Assembly (NCBI GenBank): GCA_964016885.1
Contig: OZ024747.1
Location: 9,114,001-9,178,000, forward strand
DNA: 64,000 nucleotides
Source of the DNA: Eledone cirrhosa
Lineage: Eukaryota
Direction of reading: 5' to 3'
A program made the translations under genes and the position numbers. The number at the start of each line of letters is the position of its first letter. Within the stretch, counting starts at the first letter, position 1. Positions 57,577-64,000 of the stretch are shown here, one piece after another. A model generated the notes under the pieces. The model was not told the origin of the DNA. It made no database searches and saw only the letters and a list, made by a program, of their open reading frames with translations.

Positions 57577-59066
57577 GTGTATGTATATACATATATATAC
57601 AACAAATATAGTGAAGAGTTTAGCGTAAAGGTTGTTCATCAGGGATCCGTCCTTAGCCCCCTCCTATTTATTATTGCCCTTCAGGCTATAACAGAGGAGT
57701 TCAAGACCGGCTGCCCATGGGGACTCCTATACACAGATGATCTAACGCTCATAACTGAATCAATGGCCGAACTAGAGAAGAAATTCCAAATATGGAAGCA
57801 TGGCCTAGAATCAAAAGGCCTTAAAATTAACCTGTCTAAGACTAAAGTTCTAGTTTGTAGGAAGGAAAATAGGGCACCAGTCCGATCTGGGAAATGGCCA
57901 TGCTCAGTGTGTAGGAAAGGAGTAGGCAGAAACTCCATTTTATGTCCCAAATGCAAAATATGGGTGCATAAAAGATGTAGTGGGATCAAAGGTAAGCTAA
58001 CTAAGAATATAGATTTTATATGTGGCCGGTGCTCTGGTGCAATAAGTAGCATCAAGTGCCCACAGAATACTAGCTCATTCCATTGCACAGATGGTTCTAT
58101 AGAAATAGTGGACACCTTCCGTTACCTGGGTGAAAAAATAAGAAATGGTGGAGGGTGCTCCGAAAGTACAGTAGCTAGAGTCAGAACGGGATGGAAAAAG
58201 TTCAGAGAGCTTATACCACTATTGGCCGCTAAAGGGTTCTCACTAAAAATGAAAGGCAGACTGTATGATGCCTGCATACGAACAGCAATGTTGCATGGCA
58301 GTGAGACCTGGGCATTGTGTGCAGGGGATATATGCAGACTGGAGAGGAACGAAGCTTGTATGCTCCGCTGGATGTGCAATAGTGATATACGTGAACGGCA
58401 AAGCATAAACGAACTAAGGGAGAAATTAGGAATAAGAGGGATCAGATGTTGTTTACTCGAGAGAAGACTACGTTGGTACGGTCACGTGATGCGCATGAAA
58501 GACGAAAGATGTATAAAAAAGTGCGGGGCGATAAAAATAGACGGTAGCCACGGAGTAGGCAGACCCAGAAAAACCTGGGACGACTTGCTAAATTCCGACC
58601 TCACACACTTACACCTCTCCAAGACAATGTCACTGGACCGAGATCTTTGGCGATACACAGTAATACAGAAGACCCGCCTTGCCTAAGTACAAAGCGAAAC
58701 CTACAGTCAGTAGGCACCTCTAACAAAAATACACCCGGCCCCACTACCCCCACCCCATCCACACCACCCCTTCCAATGTAAAGTTATGTTGGTACCACAA
58801 CATCCAGTCCGAAACAAATGAGGGCGCGTAGGTGTCACGACAAAAAAACACATAGTCCACGCTGTAATGTGGCCGTGTAGGTAACACGGTAAAAACCTCC
58901 CAGTCCACACTGTAAACATGGTTGGTGTTAGGAAGGGTATCCAGCCGTAGAAAACCCGCCAGACAGTCCTATACAAGCAAGACAACCAATCTTGCCTCAA
59001 GTGGGAAAATTCCCGTCCAAACCCATGCTAGCGTGGAAGATGGACGTTAAATGATGATGATGATGA

Positions 59067-59148
<82 letters not shown>

Positions 59149-59326
59149 AAGGCGGGTAAAATTCCCGAGATCCATGGACGAGTTCTCTCCAGCGGTCTCT
59201 GTCCCTCATTATCGCTGCCATGTCCTGCATCTCCAACAGACCAGTGTCTGTCCTTAGGGCACCAACATACGTTAACCTTGGTCTTCCTCTTCTAGTGTGT
59301 CCATGTAGGGGCTCCCAATGATGATG

Positions 59327-59366
<40 letters not shown>

Positions 59367-59464
59367 TCATCATCACCGTTTTACATCTGTTCTTCCACGG
59401 TAGCATGGGTTAGATGGGTTGTCCTGTTGTGGGCAGTAGCCGGTCAGCTGACCATGTCTTGCTC

Positions 59465-59522
<58 letters not shown>

Positions 59523-61212
59523 ACATCATCATCATCATCATCATCAACGTTTAACGTCCGTGTTCCACGCTTGCATGGGTTTGGACGGGGGTAGTCCCAC
59601 TTGAGGCAAGAGTGATTGTCTTGCTCGCATAGGACTGTCTGGCAGGTTTTCTACAGCTGGATGCCCTTCCTAACACCAACCACATTTACAGTGTGGGTCT
59701 GGGAGGTTTTTACCGTGTTGCCTACACGGCCACATTACAGCGTGGACTGTGTGTTTTTTTTGTCGTGACACCTACACAATCTCATTTGTTTCGGCCTGGA
59801 TGGCGCGGCACCAACATAACTTTACATAGAACGGGGTGGTGTGGATGGGGTGGGGGTGGTGGTGGTGGGACGGGGTGTATTTTGTTAGAGATGCCTACTG
59901 GCTGTAGTAGGTTTTACATATATGTGGAATATAGAACCAACCTGCTGTGCACTACCAGACTCTCTATAAACATCAATGGCTCTCAGAACAGCTTCAACTA
60001 GACTCAAATACAGAATCTGTATTAATCTGTAATGAAAGGAGACAGACTTATGTGTTGGGATTAATGTTAATATTAAATTATAACACAAACACATATACAC
60101 AAACACATAGACACACACAAACACATAGACACACACAAACACATATATACATACACACAAACACATAGACACACACAAACACATAGACACACACAAACAC
60201 ATAGACACACACAAACACATAGACACACACAAACACATATACACATACACACAAACACATAGACACACACAAACACATATACCTATAAATACACACATAC
60301 ACAAACACAGATAAATACACACAGATACACACACACAAACACAGATACACACACACAAACAAATGCAGATAAATACACAGATACACAAACACATACAAAC
60401 ACAGATAAATACACAGACACACACACACAAACACAGACACCCACACACAAACACAGATAAATACACCCAAACACACACACACAAATTTTCTTTTATCTGA
60501 AGACAATATTCATAGACAGAGCACACAGACATATACATACACATACACACACATACATATAGACATAGACTTATATATACATATTCACACAGACATAGAT
60601 AAACACACATATGAACATGCTTATACACAAATAGATTTATATATATACACACACATGCACACACAAACTTAGACAGATGTACACACATATATATATATAG
60701 ATATAGACATATACATAGACACACACACATATATATATATATATAGATATAGATCCATATACATAGACACATACACACATATATATATATATATAGACAT
60801 ATACATAGACGCACACACACACACATATATATATAGATATAGATCCATATACATAGACACACACATACATATATGAATATATAGATCCATATACAAACCG
60901 CAGACACACACATATATAAATACATGCATATATATAAACAAACACACACACATACATATATAAATACAGACATACATATATAAACATAAACACACATATA
61001 TATGCACACACGTGTATATCTAATGTGTGAATCAACCCCCCTCCCCCCCCCCCCCATGTAAGTTGATCATACAAACATGAATGAAAGGATATCTAACCTG
61101 GGTTTCTTTGTAGTATCACCTGCTTCTAAATTATCTGAAACAGATAAAAGATATTGTCATAGGGTTACTCTTATACACAAAGACACACACACACAGATAC
61201 ACACAGACACAG

Positions 61213-61274
<62 letters not shown>

Positions 61275-63204
61275 ACACACACACAGATACACCCAGACAC
61301 AGATACACACACACAGACACGTACACACACACACAGACACACAGACAGATACACACAGACATACACTCACAGAGACACAAATACACACACACACACACAG
61401 ACATACAGACAGATACACAGACATACACTCACAGAGACACAGATACACACACACAAACACGTACACACACACACACACACACAGACACACAGACAGATAC
61501 ACACAGACATACACTCACAGAGACACAGATACACACACACACACACACAGACACGTACACACACAAACACAAATACACACAGAGACACACAGACAGATAC
61601 ACGCACAGACATACACTCACAGAGACACACACACACATATATGTATATAGTATTAACTAACAGTAAACACCCATAGATGTTACATTATGTGTTTAGAATC
61701 AACTGGCTGTGAATTGTCTGAAAGAGAGAAATTATTGAGAGAGTATACTGTCATGAGCTTACTGTTAAATACTACACCCTCCCACATATCTATATCACAT
61801 TATAAAGTACCAGTAATGTACTGGGTAATTGCTGGCCTTGTGCCAAAAGTAGAAACAATTATATATCATAATATCAACTGACTCTGAACTGTCTGAAAGA
61901 GTTATATAATAGATTATGTTGGTGCCACAACATCCAGCCCGAAACAAATGAGGTCGTGTAGGTGTCACAACAAAAAAACACACAGTCCACGCTGTAATGT
62001 GGCTGTGTAGGTAACACGGTAAAAACCTCCCAGTTCCACACTGTAAATGTGGTTGGTGTTAGGAAGGGCATCCAGCCGTAGAAAACCCGCCAGACAGTCC
62101 ACGCTGTAATGTGGCTGTGTAGGTAACACGGTAAAAACCTCCCAGTTCCACACTGTAAATGTGGTTGGTGTTAGGAAGGGCATCCAGCCGTAGAAAACCC
62201 GCCAGACAGTCCATGCTGTAATGTGGCTGTGTAGGTAACACGGTAAAAACCTCCCAGTTCCACACTGTAAATGTGGTTGGTGTTAGGAAGGGCATCCAGC
62301 CGTAGAAAACCCGCCAGACAGTCCACGCTGTAATGTGGCTGTGTAGGTAACACGGTAAAAACCTCCCAGTTCCACACTGTAAATGTGGTTGGTGTTAGGA
62401 AGGGCATCCAGCCGTAGAAAACCCGCCAGACAGTCCACGCTGTAATGTGGCTGTGTAGGTAACACGGTAAAAACCTCCCAGTTCCACACTGTAAATGTGG
62501 TTGGTGTTAGGAAGGGCATCCAGCCGTAGAAAACCCGCCAGACAGTCCTATGCGAGCAAGACAACCACTCTTGTCTCAAGTGGGAAAACTCCCGTCCAAA
62601 CCCATGCAAGTGTGGAATATGGACGTTAAACGATGATGATGATGATGATACCCACATGAGGGTAAGTGTTATACAGAATATGTATGTAGGGACCTGTAAC
62701 TCCCAAGAGAGTCATAGGTATGCCACATTGACATATTTAGGGCATTTTTTAAAAAACCTGGCAGAGCCCCAATCTCCTCTCCATGTATATAGAATATATA
62801 TAAATACAAATATCATTTTCTATTGATTATAATAAAGTTATAAAACAGTCAGTATACAGACAGTGATAGCATGTTGATTGGAGTATTCTGTTGTTTGATC
62901 AGCAGATCAACTGACATACATACATATGTACGAACATACATACATATATACATACATACATACATATATACATACATTCAGTACACACCTACAGACAGTA
63001 CATGCACATAGACAATATACACATACAGGCAGTACATAGATACATACAGTACAAACACATACAGTCAGTACAAACATACATACATACAGCAGTACATGCA
63101 CATATACAATACAGACAAACATACATACCTGTTAAGTGGAACTCATCAATGAAATATGTACGACAAGATTGTAGAGGAACCTTGGCTGAGACTTCTTGAC
63201 AAAC
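32406..63204 (-). CDS. DNAAF9: Dynein axonemal assembly factor 9 (C20orf194/shulin) ortholog; 26 exons, 5' part outside window
   Basis: Hand-assembled GT-AG exons with consistent phases: 63129-63204, 61098-61134, 59942-60026, 57247-57329, 55252-55296, 54903-55069, 52785-52855, 52062-52197, 51495-51598, 50479-50625, 48412-48485, 47813-47911, 46791-46926, 45750-45838, 44736-44894, 43663-43739, 43129-43177, 41948-42029, 40835-40932, 39315-39401, 38114-38226, 37303-37377, 36714-36901, 34425-34490, 33288-33381, 32406-32524. Total 2556 nt = 851 aa + stop. Motifs match human DNAAF9 as I recall it: [62 protein letters not shown]...[10 protein letters not shown]. Confidence 0.9.
32902..32972 (-). ncRNA. 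Type I hammerhead ribozyme motif (Penelope-like), sense to DNAAF9 pre-mRNA
   Basis: UAUUUUAU-CUGAUGA-[16-bp stem II, loop CCAU]-GAAA-UGCGCAU-A-AUAAAAUA: 8-bp stem I, palindromic stem III, AUA cleavage triplet. Confidence 0.75.
33059..33129 (+). ncRNA. Type I hammerhead ribozyme motif (inverted copy of 32902-32972)
   Basis: tattttat CTGACGA gaacgcaaatatcatc ccat gatgatatttgttttt GAAA tgcgcat a ataaaata. Confidence 0.75.
33530..34206 (-). mobile_element. CR1-clade LINE 3' end with 4 x 61-bp internal tandem duplication (33683-33926)
   Basis: [47 protein letters not shown]; (ATT)n tail. Related 3' tails occur at 15045-15290. Confidence 0.85.
34530..36100. repeat. Two adjacent GT-rich minisatellites (~35-bp units, then 58-bp units)
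   Basis: gtagttgtaagggtgctgtagtggtgggt... to ~35215, then gtggtagtgttgtagtgttatagaagtgtag... Confidence 0.9.
36345..36537. repeat. 30-bp minisatellite
   Basis: gatcatgggtgagaaacgctatggtggctg. Confidence 0.85.
38366..38549 (+). mobile_element. Full-length SINE with 14-bp TSD
   Basis: TSD attattgcaatgag at 38352-38365 and 38550-38563. Confidence 0.88.
38643..38830 (+). mobile_element. Full-length SINE
   Basis: Same family; flanked by attattataatgtaa / attattattatgtaa. Confidence 0.85.
39189..39326. repeat. 30-bp tandem repeat containing a DNAAF9 splice donor
   Basis: acttaccagtcaggtgtcctacatgtgtcc; donors at 39314 (true), 39284, 39254 and 39224. Confidence 0.85.
40058..40416. mobile_element. 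Tail-to-tail pair of SINEs (+ 40058-40246, - 40252-40416)
   Basis: Two same-family copies in opposite orientation, a few nt apart. Confidence 0.85.
40978..41280 (+). mobile_element. R4/Dong-like (RLE-type) non-LTR 3' end in (TAA)n
   Basis: Translates [23 protein letters not shown] and [17 protein letters not shown]; (TAA)n on both sides. Confidence 0.7.
41508..41792 (+). mobile_element. RTE 3' UTR copy
   Basis: Matches 58712-59070 with an internal deletion; GAT tail. Confidence 0.7.
42053..43072. repeat. GT-rich minisatellite filling an intron
   Basis: gtggtgtagattggtgtggtggtg variants. Confidence 0.9.
44358..44545 (-). mobile_element. tRNA-derived SINE
   Basis: Same family, reverse orientation. 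Confidence 0.8.
44905..45735. repeat. ~42-bp minisatellite filling an intron
   Basis: gtggaccactagagatatatagtgtagctgtggtagtgtaaa. Confidence 0.9.
45855..46235. repeat. ~40-bp minisatellite
   Basis: aacactaataacggacctcacaacaattttatatata. Confidence 0.85.
47226..47261 (+). ncRNA. Minimal hammerhead motif in a short Penelope-like element (~47165-47350)
   Basis: tctt CTGATGA a ggac tagc gtcc GAAA cgtt aaga; perfect 4-bp stems I and II. Confidence 0.6.
49012..50340. repeat. 30-bp minisatellite, ~44 copies
   Basis: tttcacacaccaccaataccatatctacta. Confidence 0.95.
52307..52754. repeat. 28-bp minisatellite, ~16 copies
   Basis: ttaagttaagataggtcacagaagagat. Confidence 0.92.
53390..54915. repeat. 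61-bp tandem array (25 copies) spanning a DNAAF9 exon/intron junction
   Basis: Minus-strand unit GTCTCTGAT(G/A)ATG|gtaagttgttgctcatgtaggttaactgtcatctctatacaggcctat. Confidence 0.95.
56420..57125. repeat. ~29-bp AT-rich minisatellite
   Basis: aatagtaaatatagagtaatataaaagtt. Confidence 0.9.
57600..59070 (+). mobile_element. 5'-truncated RTE-clade LINE (RT C-half, Cys/His finger, 3' UTR, GAT tail), antisense in a DNAAF9 intron
   Basis: Open frame to 58686 with [55 protein letters not shown]. Confidence 0.92.
59147..59317 (-). mobile_element. Second copy of the 13.3-14.0 kb RTE-like 3' end
   Basis: Near-identical reverse complement of 13810-13980, also abutting (TA)n. Confidence 0.85.
59525..59905 (-). 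mobile_element. RTE 3' UTR copy
   Basis: Reverse complement of ~58700-59070. Confidence 0.8.
60080..61640. repeat. CA-rich low-complexity tracts flanking the 37-bp DNAAF9 exon
   Basis: (CA)n, acacag and acatag variants. Confidence 0.85.
61913..62650 (+). mobile_element. RTE 3' UTR copy with internal 5 x 112-bp tandem amplification
   Basis: Units begin at cagtccacgctgtaatg (61983, 62095, 62207, 62319, 62431); ends in a GAT tail. Confidence 0.85.
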
Positions 63205-63413
63205 CTGTAAAAAGAGTTGACATAGAAACTGTTGTTATGATTGTTAAATACACAAGCAAGATCCTCTTCCTTCTCCCACAAAAAACATTAATAAGGTAAG
63301 CAAAAGAAACTTTGATTAACAATCAAAGAAACCATAGTTTATAACAAAGCGTTAACCTAATATATCCCTTCCATATACTGTACCGATTGTGTTGTTATTT
63401 CTGTTTACCTTTT

Positions 63414-63489
<76 letters not shown>

Positions 63490-64000
63490 CGTGATGAACA
63501 CAACCACAGAGATATGGTCTGAGTGTGGAAGAGCCGAACTCCCACTGTCATCGCCTCCATCTCTTTCGCCCTCCCCATCTCTCCGTACGGTGAGCAAATG
63601 GGGTCCCACGTGCTGACCTCCCCACAGCCCCCAGTGGACAGGATGGAGAAGGCATTTCCCCGGAGGATGGTAAGGGAGAAAAGGTTTATTGGGGACCCTA
63701 CGCCTGGCCAGGATCGAACTTCAGACCAGGAACACCGCCGCCTATGATTCCAACAACTAGGCTATTATGATAAGAATATTACAAGAGTAAAGTTTGAGCC
63801 ACCGACTCTATTTAGTAATGCTACTATAAAGACACTCTGCTTGTATGAGCCAAATATATTTAATATACTTCCTTATGAATGGAAGATCCACGATGAAGCT
63901 CAACTCGAAGCAAAGCACCATATATTAAAATATCTGTTATAAAGCCTGCTAATCTGCCAGATGTTCCAAAATATTTGATCTGTTGTTTCAGTGCTAAGAA

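Noticed and set aside
63488-63760. GC-richer segment with a 74-aa ORF
   Set aside because: Probably a TE fragment after a TA tract; I cannot assign a family or function from the sequence.

Overview
Eukaryotic, AT- and microsatellite-rich DNA. The SINE/LINE complement and clustered C2H2 genes suggest a coleoid cephalopod, probably an octopod (inference). The left half has two plus-strand C2H2 zinc-finger genes, each with its CDS in one ORF: 1052-1852 (5 fingers) and 21256-23232 (10 near-identical fingers). The right half holds the last 26 exons of a minus-strand DNAAF9/C20orf194 (shulin) ortholog, 32406-63204. I assembled it by hand into an unbroken 851-codon frame with GT-AG sites; it continues beyond the window. 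The rest is tRNA-derived SINEs, RTE/CR1/R4-Dong LINE fragments, a Tc2-like and a hAT-like non-autonomous DNA transposon, Penelope-like remnants with hammerhead ribozyme (HHR) motifs, and many mini/microsatellites. Highlights: (1) the last DNAAF9 intron is U12-type and contains a ~120-bp inverted repeat whose arms each carry a complete type I HHR motif; (2) two tandem arrays have amplified real exon/intron donor junctions (25 x 61 bp and ~4.5 x 30 bp), creating decoy donors and potential poison microexons; (3) one ZNF is a homopolymer of QxANLxN recognition helices, predicted to read (NAA)n repeats.
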